Assembly (NCBI GenBank): GCA_964658305.1
Contig: OZ210885.1
Location: forward strand, 21,266,001-21,330,000
Direction: 5' to 3'
DNA: 64,000 nucleotides
Source of the DNA: Leptogorgia sarmentosa
Taxonomy: Eukaryota
This document shows positions 46,191 to 58,096 of the stretch, piece by piece. The notes under the pieces were generated by a model. That model saw nothing but the letters and a program-made list of their open reading frames with translations, was not told where the DNA came from and did not search any database. Made by a program: the position numbers and the translations under genes. Within the stretch, counting starts at the first letter, position 1. The number at the start of each line of letters is the position of its first letter.

Positions 46191-49100
46191 CTATTCGACG
46201 TCATCAACATCCTCGTCTTCACTTTCATTGCTCTCTGTCATCTCTCTTTCATCTTCTTCGTCAGCCATGTTGTTGCACTTAAGGGAACACATCTCAGTGC
46301 ATTTTAATCCAGCTTTAATGCAGCAGCATGAATCGTCTGTACACTTTCGTTTACAGGTGCAGGATAAAAGCTCCAGTACTTCTTCAGGTGCGGGCCGGGA
46401 TCCCAACCATACAAATTCTATGGTGGATGTGTTTACATTCCAACCATACCCATGAGGTGAGGGTGTGTCGGGACACGCTTCTGTAGCTCTTTTCCACACA
46501 GCTGCCTGGTAGTTTGCACGGGAAACATGGAGCCTTAGCGATGATTGGCATGGGGGTAGTGCCTCTGGCTCAATCTTACCACCTCTTGCGCAATGTAGCT
46601 CATATCGTAACGAATCTACACTTTTGGAACAGGTGGGAAATTTGTCGGCGCTGACCAAAAAATCGCGGGCACATTGTGTTTACATTCCAAAACATGGCAG
46701 AAAGTTAGCAAACGACTGTTTTAGCTGACGAATTTTTGCTTTTTATTCAAATGATGTCTAACTTAGTGGTTAATCTTTTAAAACCGATCATGAATTCCTT
46801 GTTTTGCGGTGGTTTTTTTTGCAATCGAGTGCGTGGAAGAAGTAAATATGGCGACGTTAAAATAGGAGCAAACGAGTGGCAAATACCGTAAATGTCGAGA
46901 TGTGGCTTGTTTGAAACCGTAATCAACGAGGAAAACGTGATATGAGAATGAAATAAAAGTTGAAATTATTCTTTTTATTTCTCAAATTTCCCATAATTTG
47001 TTTGTTAGTGTAACTTGTGCGATTTATACTCGAAGTACTAGCTCGCGAAATTTGACGAATTTTGAAAATTTGTGAAAATAGCTTGACTTTGAACTGTATT
47101 TTTGTAAAAATCGCCGGTGGCCTCAATTTCAAATATAGCTAAATGAAAAGAAACACTTCTTTGGCGTTTAGTGGTACCAAACCTATCAACAGGAAAATAG
47201 GGCCTCATGATGCTTTAGTTAAGTGTTTGAGACCCACTTGCTTCACACGTGTTGTGGTCAAATTCTGACCAAGAATCAAAGGCCCAAAAGTTAGTTTACA
47301 TCATCAAATCTTCTTCGAGAAAGGCCTAGTTTAAAAATATAGCTTTTAGTTTAGATTTCGTGAGCATAATTTGGTTAGAAATGAAATATTTTTGTATTTG
47401 ATGAGATTCAAAATTTTGTGTTTATTGAAGTCAGGCTTCAGTGTAATTATAATGATAACCGGCAATGAAATGAAGATATTTCAAAAACTGGCGGTGGCCT
47501 CACGATGAAACATTCCAAAAATACTCTCCACTTCCTGTATTTTCTTGTGATACTTTACTTGTAAGCGTCAAAATAGGGCCTTGAACAGTCCCGGGGTTTG
47601 TATTTCAGCCTTCGGTAGAAGTGAAATCTCACGCCTCATCACAAGTTATTTTGCTCCGCCGTGATTTGTGCTCTGTCGCTGATATTTAAACCTTTACGAC
47701 ATAAATATTGTCATCCTCGTTACGATACGAACATTTCACAAGTAATTCTAATTATTGCAGATTAACTTGTGACTGTAAACAGTAGGTAGAAGTATGCCAT
47801 TCAGAATCGACACAAGATTTGTTTTGATTGTTCGTGAAATGTACATTTCTTCTTCCCGCAAAATACACGCACGTCTCGTGGGGATTTCCCGCGCATGCTC
47901 AGACAAATTTCCCACCTGTTCACTTTTGGCCTTTTTGCCGTACAAGTGACAGACAAACTCTTCAGTTGCTTTGAATGTCGTCTCACTTAAGCTCCATTCC
48001 TTTCCGATGTCTTTCATTGCGTTGACATAGGCCTTGTGCTTGAGCGCCAGCTGTACTGGACGCCATTTGCCTTTTGAAGCGAAGGCCGATACTGTGTCGC
48101 ATCCAGTAAGTGCATGTATTCCAATGAGAGCTTCACAAGCTTCTTGGGTTGTAATATCATCTGCTGCTTGTCTTCCTAGTCGATTGACCATTTCTGAGAC
48201 TCCAACGATTCTCCGTTTTGCCGCCTTCCCTTTTTTCAAAAAACAGCTACCAAGGTCGTGGGCATGACCAACAAGAAGTACGAGGACATCTGTGTCTTCT
48301 GCGTGAATGACGCACTTGCCTCCTGCGTGATGGGCATGTAATACCATACGTGTGTCGGCCTCTTCGTGATTACTCTTCAGTTCTGGTACGAGACTTGCCG
48401 TTGTCGATGTTATTTTCCAGCAATCTTCTCCTTCAGTAACAAAAAGAGTTTTGCCATGTAGCCTGTTCCGGAAGTGCATCTCTTTCCACTGTCCCACTAG
48501 AAAACGAACAATTTCCGCCTTGTTAGCGGAGACACTCAGGATTTTGCTCCAGTTCTTTACTTGGAAACCGGGCAAAATATTCTGGTAGACGATCCCATCT
48601 GATCCAGTTTTACGTTTCGCTCTTTCTACATTCTTTATGGATACGTCCTTGTACACGTCAAAAACAACGTCAATTCTCTTGCTTGGCGTGCTCATTAAAA
48701 CTGTGAAGAGCTTATCAGCTACAACAGCAAACGTAGCTCCTGACGGTGGCTTAAAACTCTGTAACTCAGCCATGCCATCATAGACACTCGTAGCATCACG
48801 TGGGTAGCTATGGGTGAGTTCAACTTGCTTCTCCAATTGCTGCGCTAGTTTCGCTTTGTTCGTCTTCCGTGGCATTCCGTATGGATCTGCTAGCGCCCAG
48901 GGTAATGGACCAAGGGGATACGAAAATACCAATCGCATGTCGATCTTTCTAAACTGGCTTATCAGCGCCATCCTTGCAAAGACGTCCCGATCTAGGCGGA
49001 TAGGTAGCACAGCATCTTTTATGCGGATCTTGGCCACTGCCTTTAGGTCTTTGAAGGACTTAAGCTTAAGCTTCTTGAGTGGATCGAAGAATCCAAGAGT

Positions 49101-52100
49101 GGAAGTGGATGAACATCTCTCTTTGATAAACTCTTTGCAGGCAGCCTTCCCCTTAGCATTGGCCTTTAAAAGGTCATCTCTGACGTCGTCAGTAGCTGCT
49201 AGCCCTGTAGAGAGACTACATAGACTTTGAGCCCCTCTACTCCATGGACTACATAAGACATTCTCGAGTAAGTATACCACGCTTCTAACTGCTTCCATAT
49301 CTGATCTTATTCTCGTTGGCGCTAGTTCTTTGTGTGGCTTGTTTTCACTAGGCTCGAGCGATAAATGTTCACGGAGAATGTGCATGTATGAACTGCGCCT
49401 AGAGTTGTTTAGAACCCATCTTTGTGTTGCGGCAAAATTCGTACTGAAGCCAATGTACCCCCCTGCAGTCTCGATTAATGGTATTCTCAATTGTTTTATC
49501 GGCTTCATTCTGGCCAAAAGGGTTGTTTTTGGACATCTGCACACTGAAGTGGCCGGCAACAAAGGCATCATACACCTCGGGTATGGCTGTTGGCAAAGAG
49601 CGCATGTCATCCAAGAATGGCAGTAGATATCTCGAGTAGTTTTGCCTGTCATAGGCAAAAGTCCAGGGAATAACAGCCTCAATGCAAGCGAGATACATTT
49701 CCCAGTTGCCTGTTCTTGTAGCAAAGATGAGATCTAGGAGCAGCTCGCAAAGTTCTAAGTATGACAGCCAGAATTTTGCCATATCACTGCCATTTTGCTT
49801 TAGGTCGTCTACATATTTCTGGAAGAGATTTTCCCATTGCTGTACTTGGGGGATGTTGAGGACTTTTTCCAGCTCATCATAACAAAGGTTAAGCTTGAGT
49901 TGTTCCAGCTGCAGCTTACGCTCACGTACAATTTCCATGTCATTCTCGGATAACGTATGCTCAAATTCTTGTATGAGTAGTTGACTTGTGGCCTCGTACA
50001 TAATCTTATGAAGGCGTATAGCACGGTTATAATGTTTGCCATTTAGAACACTATCTATCGAGCCGTTGGCTACAACTTCACTTTGCACAGCAACATCTTT
50101 GAGACCAGCGTCGCCAAAGCGGGCTCCAATTATGGCCATTATCGTCATTAGTAAATGAAATCCGCCCATCATCATTACTAAGCCTTCAAACTGTGCTTTG
50201 TTCTTCCAAAATATCTCCATTCCTTTTGCGTAGAATGCCTGATCAAATACACAAGCCACGCCCTTCAAGTTGAGTGTTTCTTTGATTTCACGTAAGCGGT
50301 TTTAAGGTCGGTTACAGGGGAATCTAATGTGTCAAGGTATCCAATTGTGCTCTGAATGATGACAATGTTGTCTCTGGTCTTGATAAAGAAACCCGTCCAG
50401 CCGGGAACAAGAAGCAGCGGATGTGTTCGTAGCTTTCTTACCTCTATCCAAACGAGGTACTTCATGTGAAGCCTCTTTACCTTCTCTCTGTAAGACGATC
50501 TAATACCGAGATATTGTACATGCGAAAGGACCCCAGGGCCAACACGCGCACCGCCATAGTAGTCGGGAATCTCCTTTATGACTACATCTGCTTCTAAAGA
50601 ACGCTTACATTTCCGTTTAGGCTGAGGTTGTTCAGATTCCTCAGTGTCAACGTTTGGATTGTCTGGAGGCTTTCTTTTTAGAGTAAGAATAGAATTCACT
50701 CGGTGAGACGTACCCGCTCCGCTGACCGTGCATTCTAAGTTATCAATGTTGTCTGCTATCATGAGTGCAACTGGTGGATTGTCTGGTTGAATACATTCCT
50801 ATGGTATAAGCACACGGCTTAAAGTTTGTTCATTGATTACTCTAAGTGCAAATTCCGTATCAATTTCTTCAATGAGATTGTACCCTATGCCATGACCACA
50901 CTTATTGACAAGCTTAACTACTTCTGTGTTGTTACACAGAGCCTTTATCACCGCTGGTAAAAGGACACTTTTTGGCGTTTTGATTGCTCCGTTGGAGACC
51001 GAGTAGACAATATCTTGTGCTAATGAATTCTTAAGGCGAACAGTTCGTTCAGACTTACTTTTGTCAGCGTCCATGGATTGGCCAGACATGAGGATGGTAC
51101 AAAAGGTATCCAGTAGCTCAGGGATATAATCCGACACCTTATTGGCATTAAGATCTTTTTCTTCAGGGGGCCATGGCATTTGAATGGGATGAGCTTTTAT
51201 CTTTTTATTGAGAATTTTCGCTGCATTAATCATGGCTTTAGTATCGTCATCCAAAGACGTTTGATTAAGTAGTGCATTTAATTCAGTTTTAAGTGCATAG
51301 TTTTCAACTGCTAAGTTTGCTGTCTCTAACGTTATTGGATACACAAGTACCTTATTCTGTTGATAATTGATAAATTCCAGCTCTTGAAATTTATTTGATA
51401 CCATACGCAACAGGTTTTTATAGTGGGACTCCGTCACTGTTACTCCTATCCTCTCTGCCTCGTCTGCAAGTACTTTCCTTATTTCTTTAAACTCAATCAC
51501 TCTTGGGTTGGCAATAAAATTTTCACAGAAAGAATACACTGCATTGTATGCTTTATCTATCCCGTTTTTGTTTTCAGTAGTGTTAGCTGAGCTTTCGGAA
51601 GTGGCATCAGGCTCGTATATTACGCGTACAAATGAGTTGTAACACGACGAATGATATCGCGCTTCACTGCTTATCAAGTCCTTTGAACATATACTATAAA
51701 TCTCAGCAGCAACGGAACTCATGTTAGTATGTCTTTTTATGTGCTGTAATGCGCTTTCTCTTATTCTATTATCCACTCTAAATTCTTGTACTCCGCGTAA
51801 TTTTTCTCGCGTTTTTGTCCCTGATTTGTACTTGTCTTTCTTACAAAATAGGCAAACGTCTGGAAGTACTGCCGACTTGCTACTACTTGATGCTTGCTTA
51901 TTGCGAATGCTACCTCTACGTTGGTCGCTTGATTCGCTACTTTGTACAGTTTCCCTTGTCATGGATTGTAAGGTTTTCTGGTTTACAAATGCTTTTCTAC
52001 AAGAGACGTGATATTTCACTGGTGATTCTGGAAATTCGCTCTCACCTGTTGACAATGCTAAAATTGTTTGATGTTGTCTAATGACTGCCGCACGATGCAG

Positions 52101-52175
52101 TCTCGTCCACGACTCTGCGTCTTTACAATGCACGAGACCAACTCCCTCTTCATTGCAAATAACACAAGTATCCAT
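46191..52175 (-). pseudogene. Academ transposase - XPG/PIN-like nuclease - Cys-rich finger, broken into five ORFs by stops, frameshifts and one insertion
   Basis: IADNID, VFDQAFYAK, MMGGFH, HYNRAIRLHK, YDRQNYSRY, DKTIENTINR, VYDGMA, DVVFDVY, HEEADTRMVLH, EDTDV, HALTGCDTVS, LPPC..H..RANYQ, SCTCKRKC..CCCIKAGLKCTEMC. Confidence 0.9.
46628..47920. mobile_element. Non-autonomous TIR element (MULE-like if the TSD is 9 bp) inside the Academ ORF
   Basis: TIR AACAGGTGGGAAATTTGTC / GACAAATTTCCCACCTGTT. TSD CACTTTTGG at 46619-27 and 47921-29 (7 bp if the TIR is extended by 1 nt). Removal gives in-frame HLYGKKAKSVDSLRYEL. Confidence 0.9.
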
Positions 52176-54599
52176 TGGATTTTCCTTTAAATATCTAATA
52201 AACTTAACTCGCTCGTGTACTATTGTACTATTGTAATACTGTAAGTATTGTAAATTTCAATATTCAGACTTCGAATATGCGGGGTTTCCTCTTGGAGACA
52301 AAATGGCAGCTATCAGTGATTTCAATCACCTCTCTTAAAAGTCAAATTTCTATAGGAAAGCTACCATTCTAGATGTCCGCTAAGACATTTTTTGAAAGCT
52401 AAATAGTTAAACTTTCATTTAGAATCGGTCTTATCTGTTCTCCGGAGATGAGTATTAGCAACGAATTTTTGGGTCTCAGGTGATGGACTATCTATTTTCC
52501 TGGGATTGAATGTTTCAACCATTCTGTATGGCGAAGCGTCAAAATATAGTAGATATTCCGTGATCACAATGACACCGTGGGCAGTCCAAACATGTACAGT
52601 GTGTCAGTGCAACAGTGCCGACACGCTAAGACATTAAACTCTTTCATAACCTTAAATATTTGCTGTGTTCAATTGTATAAATTGCGTCATGATATTTTTG
52701 CTTTGATGATCTAAATTGCATAGCGAACGCGAACCTCTTTAATTAATATCTTTAAAAGCAATGCCAATGTCTGCAATTTGCCTCATGATATTTTTGCGTA
52801 TAAATTTCCTCAGTATAAATAGTGTTCTAAATGGCGTAAACGCTCATAAATTAACCTCTATTTCAGTGAAGTCACTCGTCGCTGCGACCATTATATTTTC
52901 TTTTTATCTGGATATTCATGGGAAACAAAATCCACGATCAAACAGACAAACACATTACCACTCTTTAGCTCGCACCTATATCAGCTGCCATTTTGTAATA
53001 TTCAGCCCGCAAGAACTGCTTTGCCCACCTTCATGTTGGTTCCCTTAAATTTGCGGGTGGGCTCGGTGAGAATTACGTCATCTCAATGTACATTGTCGTC
53101 TATTGGCTAAATTGAATTAGATTTAACGAACAAATTCGGTTACAATACAGTTAACAGCTAACAACTCGATAGCAATATATCTGCTGCGCAGATACAAAAA
53201 TGAAGAAGGTCTTGACGGCGGTACAATGAAACTGACTCATTGGCCCGTAACCAAGTCAAAGCTCGATTGTTTGAAGGCACTGAACCAAATATGGTACCAA
53301 TCAAGATGCGACAAAAGGAGTGTTGTTCCACCTAGCTGGTGTAATTGTAAGCCATGCGCTGTTCCAGAGAAGCTCAATCAGCTTTCCTGTCCTGGCACAA
53401 TATATGTACTCCTACTTAGTGGGTGAGGAACAAAATGAGACCACTTCTACAATGAAGAAGCAACATATTCCTCTGGATGCCTCCGCTGCATTATTACATG
53501 AGTTTGTTGACTGTCTTGAAAGATGTATCGATAATGATGATATCCATCAATTACTGGAGGTGAACTCAAAATGTGAAGCATTTTTGCAAATAATCAACTC
53601 TTCACGTTGGCTGAAAGAGAAGGTGATCAATGTTGCCAGTAAAGACTTTCTTTTACAGCATCTTGTGTCACATGAATTGCTTGTAACGAGAAAGAACGAG
53701 ATAGAAGAAATTTCAGAAGGACTGAAATCTCTTGGTTTCCTGAACATTCTTTGTAAGAAAAAGGAGACATGCCAGATGTTATTAATTGCTAGAGAATTTC
53801 AACCTTTCACCGCTGATGCACTGAATGAGATGATCCTTGAAGTTGAAGCTCACAGTTTCTCTGAACGTCAAGCTAATGAATGGTTTCAGTCCTATATAAA
53901 GGAAGATGATGAAGATTTTCCCAGTGATAGCAGACAACATGCACTTTTGCAATTCTGGACTGGGTGGACAGTAATTCCATTTGGCGGACTGACGAAAAGA
54001 TTAAAGGTCTTATTTCTGCCAGATGATGGTGTCAAGAGTCTTCCAACCACATCAGCTTGTACAGCCGTGTTGAGGATTCCCACCGTCCACAGCTCTAATA
54101 AGGGGTTTTATAATGCAATGAACATTGCACTCAAGTTTGGCAGGGTTGGTTTTCCTAACCCTTGATTGACAACAATAAATGACTGGATAATTTTTCATAT
54201 ATTCTGGCAGCAAATACTTTTAGCTGATGTTCGGTTTTCTTGTTGTGATTTCTTAGAAAGATAAAAAATTGGGGTTATATTATAAGATCATATTTTTCGT
54301 GTACATGTTTCGGAAAACTATTTGTTCTGTTTGATATTTCATAGTAAAGACATGTGTAAAAGATTTAAATTTTGTTCTTAATGGCTGATCAAAACAAAGG
54401 ATATTCAGTATAAGTCTCATACTTAGCATTTCTCTAACTACAAAGACCAACAATGCTGTACAAACATTATATAAATATTGATGTTAATATTGAAATATGA
54501 ATAAAAAAGACTATATCGTCCAAGATAATTATACAGTGTGTACAAAAGAAGTACAAGCTTTCAACTTATTGTCATGACCAATCACTGACAGAAATGCAT

Positions 54600-55800
54600 A
54601 ATTAATTTGGTGAAGCCTCACCAGATTGGACAAGTTCAGTAACCAGTTGTAGAGTATTTAAATAAATGTCAAGTCCATAATGAAGTTGACGACATCAAAG
54701 GATCAACCCTTGAAATTAGTAAGCTTAGTTGGCTGGCATTTAATGGATTTGCCACTTGTGGCACATCAATAGAAAATTCATTAAACATTCCTCCATCGTA
54801 CCTTTCAGAAGGTAGTGGTCCTTCAAAATTAATACCATACATATTAAAATTTGTTTCTTCGAAAGTAAGAATGTAGCCGCTATGAAGTTGGTTCAAGCTG
54901 ATCAGGCGTCATGTTTGATTCTGTTCTTAAAGGATGATTATCATAGCCGTTTCTGAACAAATCGAGATGTCGATTTATTCTTGGAGTAAAGACATACTGT
55001 TGGCAGAAAATATGCAACTATTGTCAATTTCCAAATACCCATTTTCCTCTAGATACCAGAATACATAGTAAAATATAAATATACAACCATGGAAGACATC
55101 CCTTCAAAGTCTTTCGATATGCTGATTGTGACAGCTCTTTCCTGCAATAAAACTGCCACGGCCAACCTTCGGTTAACCAAGTTTAATTGCATTGATCTTA
55201 ATATAATACCTTCTGGATCAATTCTCCGAAGTGATGATCTGACACGTTCCCACTGCAAATTTATACCTCTTGCACGTTCCCTCAATTAGGGAACTCATAA
55301 TAAACATCAGAAACTATTTCATCAAGGTCATCATTGGGAATATTTGTGTATTTAGGGACTTATTCTTTCAAATCAAATTCCTTAATTCTTCGACTAATAG
55401 TCTTAGCACTGACACCTAACATGTCAGCAATCTTAATTAAAGAAAAGCCATAGCTCAGAAAAAGTTTTAGTGTTTCCCTTCTGATTTCAAATGCTGGCCT
55501 GCCTGCTGAATCTTTGTGGACAGTAGATGGTTTTCTCCCTGTATCTGTTGCATGATCCATAGACGAAGTATCCTCAAGTAACGCAGCAATAAGGATATCC
55601 AGCAAACTCTCAGGAAAAACTTGTTGCCATAAACAGTGCTCGTCACTGCGAATTCCAATCTGAATAACTTGTTCCAGCTTGTATAATGCATGTTCAAGTT
55701 GATTGCGGTCATCATTCAGTGATACTCCTTCCAAGAGTCTCGTAACTTCAGTTAAGCTACTGCAAATAAATTGCCTTAAATTATCACAGTTATTGACATA
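54600..55800 (-). pseudogene. IS3EU DDE transposase (HTH plus integrase-like core), decayed and internally deleted
   Basis: LFLSYGFSLIKIADMLGVSAKTISRRIKEFDL (HTH); RGINLQWERVRSSLRRIDPEG; YVFTPRINRHLDLF..DNHPLRTE; YGINFEGPLP. Confidence 0.8.
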
Positions 55801-58096
55801 TTTGAATCTATATTAAATCTAAATCTATGGTGTCTGACCATTGACAAATTGTCAAATACGAAAATGAAACATAAGGGCATGAAGTATTCAGTTAAGTGGC
55901 GGGAAAAGCAGCTGACCAGTTTATACCGCAAGGTTCAACTCGGTGAAAGAAAACCGCTGACCACAGAATACCAAATGCGTCGTAGAAATGAAACAAGACT
56001 CAACATGCAAAACCAACATTATATGACGCTACTCCACATCGTAAACTGCCCTACGATATGTATTAATAGTTTTGTCCCCTCCCTAACTCCATACTCAGCG
56101 CTCATTTCTTTGGTCAAATGAAAGAATGGCTTCAAGATATGCAAAAGCCGTTCAGCAAGTTTTCATTCATTTGCCGTTATGGTTGGCAAATCGTTGTCGT
56201 CGGCGACATACAGCTGAATCAGTCGCTTCAGCTTTATCATTCTTTCCACCATGAGATACGTACTGTTCCACCTAGTTGCGACATCCTGGACAGTCAACAA
56301 TGAAACCTTGGACTGTTCCTCTTGAAGGAGCTTTAATTCGTTGCACGTGACAGCAGAATGATTAAAATGGGTGACCAGCCTCTGACATTTAGCCAGAAGA
56401 TCAATGATCGCACGTTGGTTAAGATGGCATCTTCAATAACCAGCTGAAGTTTGTGAATAGTGCAATGAATAGACGGTATATTTGCAATATCACAACCCAC
56501 ATACATATTTGATGCCCCATCTCGAACAAGGAGTTGACAACGAGTTTCACTGATTTCCCAACTTGTAAACATCTGGGTCAACATCTCGGCGATATTGACC
56601 CCTGTGTGTGAACCTGGAAAATGGGAAGCATGAAGGACAGCATCCACTCGTGTGAAATTGTTTTTAATCCAATGTCCTCAAAGAGAGATGAAAGCTTCTT
56701 TGGATTTTGAGCATGTCCAAATATCAGATGTGAACGAGATGTACTTTCCATCAGGTTCCACCAATTCATTTTCTACTGTTTTTTTAGATTATTATACACT
56801 TGAGGCAGCATAGTGTCAAAGCAATATCGACGACTTGGCAACATGTAACACGGTTGCAAATGAGCCATCAATTGGATGAAACCATTGTCTTCAACTATTA
56901 TGAAGTATGATTATCCTTCATTTAGGCCATCATTCTCATGATTTTTTCGCTTATAACCTTTGATCGACTGTCATTTATGTCCCAAATTTTTCTCGAGGCC
57001 AAGCTATCAATTAGCGTGAGCTGATTATTCATGGCTGCTCTCTTTTTCTCTTGTCGCTTGACGGACGTTGTTGACTGAGACAATGAAGCGGCCTTTTCTG
57101 CATCTCTGATCTTTAGCACCCCGATACTCTTCAAGGGCGATGTACTATACGCCTTTTTCCCTTCTGATTCTCGACCTCGGTTTATCTTTGAATGGCAAAT
57201 CAAACATTCTGCAATAGGATCGCTTTTACATGAAACATTGTCCAGACAAACGAAACTGCCGCACCTGCCATCATTATGCTTGGTCAAAAAAACAAATATT
57301 CTTGGCTTCGTATGACACGATTACATGAAGTAGCTGAGTTACATGTCAACAACGTTAATCGGTCAAGTGGAAAAGTTATAAATTATAAAATATGTATTGT
57401 ATTATTCTACAACGAACATCAAATATAATAATAATGTTAACACAAAAGCTTTAAGCATTCCAAAGTTTAAAAAATGTTAATGTTCTATAAAATCCAAGTT
57501 CAATATTTACATCACGAAATACATTTGCAATTTCCCATCGTTTACAAGGCGATTTTATCATTTTTCGTATTTATTAATTAGGTGTATCTATATACACTAC
57601 TAGTTGTTTGTTGAGTAATTACTGCGCCTTGTCTGTGGAAATAAATGTCATATAATTTTATGCATAATATTTGAATTGTCTTCACAATTACTATTTTTGA
57701 TCAGGAGTAAAACATCCAGTATCCGGCCGGATTTTTTTCTGATATCCGGCCGGATAGCAAAAATCACTATTGGGTGCACCCCGTTGTGCATGAACCACGA
57801 GACCCAAATCCTCATGACTTTACTGAGGTCGAACTTTCCGAGGATGAACTGGATGTCATCCCTTACTTCCACTGCTCCAGCGAAAAGTTCTCGTTGAATC
57901 TTCAGCTCGCCTCGACCTTCAGGACTCGGTTGTGTGACGATGTTAGGAGGCCATTTTTGGGGATTGGCCAGCCATGAGGGTCCTTTCCACCACATCTCAG
58001 AACCGACCACACTGCCACCTCGGCTGCCAATGTCCGCTGGATTGTTGAAGGTGGGTACGTGTCTCCAGGTAACGTTGGGATGGCTTCGTATTTTGC

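Larger units (their letters stand above)
45490..52490 (-). mobile_element. AcademX DNA transposon
   Basis: ~210 bp TIRs TAGTCCATCACCTGA.. (45490-45698 and 52270-52490); 3-bp TSD TCT at 45487-89 and 52491-93. Confidence 0.93.
44923..53200 (-). mobile_element. Non-autonomous Helentron (HINE/DINE-1-like), ~1.3 kb net, hosting the Academ
   Basis: SubTIRs TTGTATCTGCGC (44946-57) and GCGCAGATACAA (53186-97). Terminal hairpin GTACAC-AAA-GTGTAC (44931-45). Palindrome ATATCTGCTGCGCAGATAC at the other end. Inserted in an A/T run; removal restores VSFKNEEG. Confidence 0.8.
43437..54165 (+). pseudogene. G2E3-like HECT-domain E3 ubiquitin ligase gene of the IS3EU, interrupted by a MITE and by the Helentron/Academ nest
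   Basis: SWTHDFCLL; GYSVPYLK..IYIRPM; VLVDRETFWLDVVKLYK; VSFKN|EEGLDGG; FHLAGVIVSHALFQ..FPVLA; LLQFWTGW..LPTTSACTAVLRIPTVH..GF (catalytic Cys motif retained). Confidence 0.82.
43191..56093. mobile_element. IS3EU DNA transposon with convergent HECT E3-ligase gene and IS3-like DDE transposase gene
   Basis: ~220 bp imperfect TIRs TATGGAGTTAGGGAGGGGACAAAA.. (43191-~43410 and ~55880-56093). 6-bp TSD CTCAGC at 43185-90 and 56094-99. Removal restores the hAT frame KEMSAECSILSSVIP. Confidence 0.88.
42465..57782 (-). mobile_element. hAT transposon (BED-finger transposase, decayed), split by IS3EU
   Basis: Termini TAGGGGTGCACCGGATA (42465) and TATTGGGTGCACCCC (57782) with ATCCGG subterminal repeats. 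BED finger CLICH (~57200), SFTSDIW, CTIHKLQL, QDVATRWNSTY (~56280), DPLEWW..FPLL..LCTPASSVFSE (42539-42760). Confidence 0.9.

Noticed and set aside
44922..53201. CAAAAAT as a 7-bp TSD of a cut-and-paste element
   Set aside because: Better explained by Helentron T-rich ends plus the subTIR; there are no terminal inverted repeats.
53320..54165. Host G2E3 gene
   Set aside because: It lies inside IS3EU TIRs with a TSD, lacks PHD/RING fingers and is disrupted.
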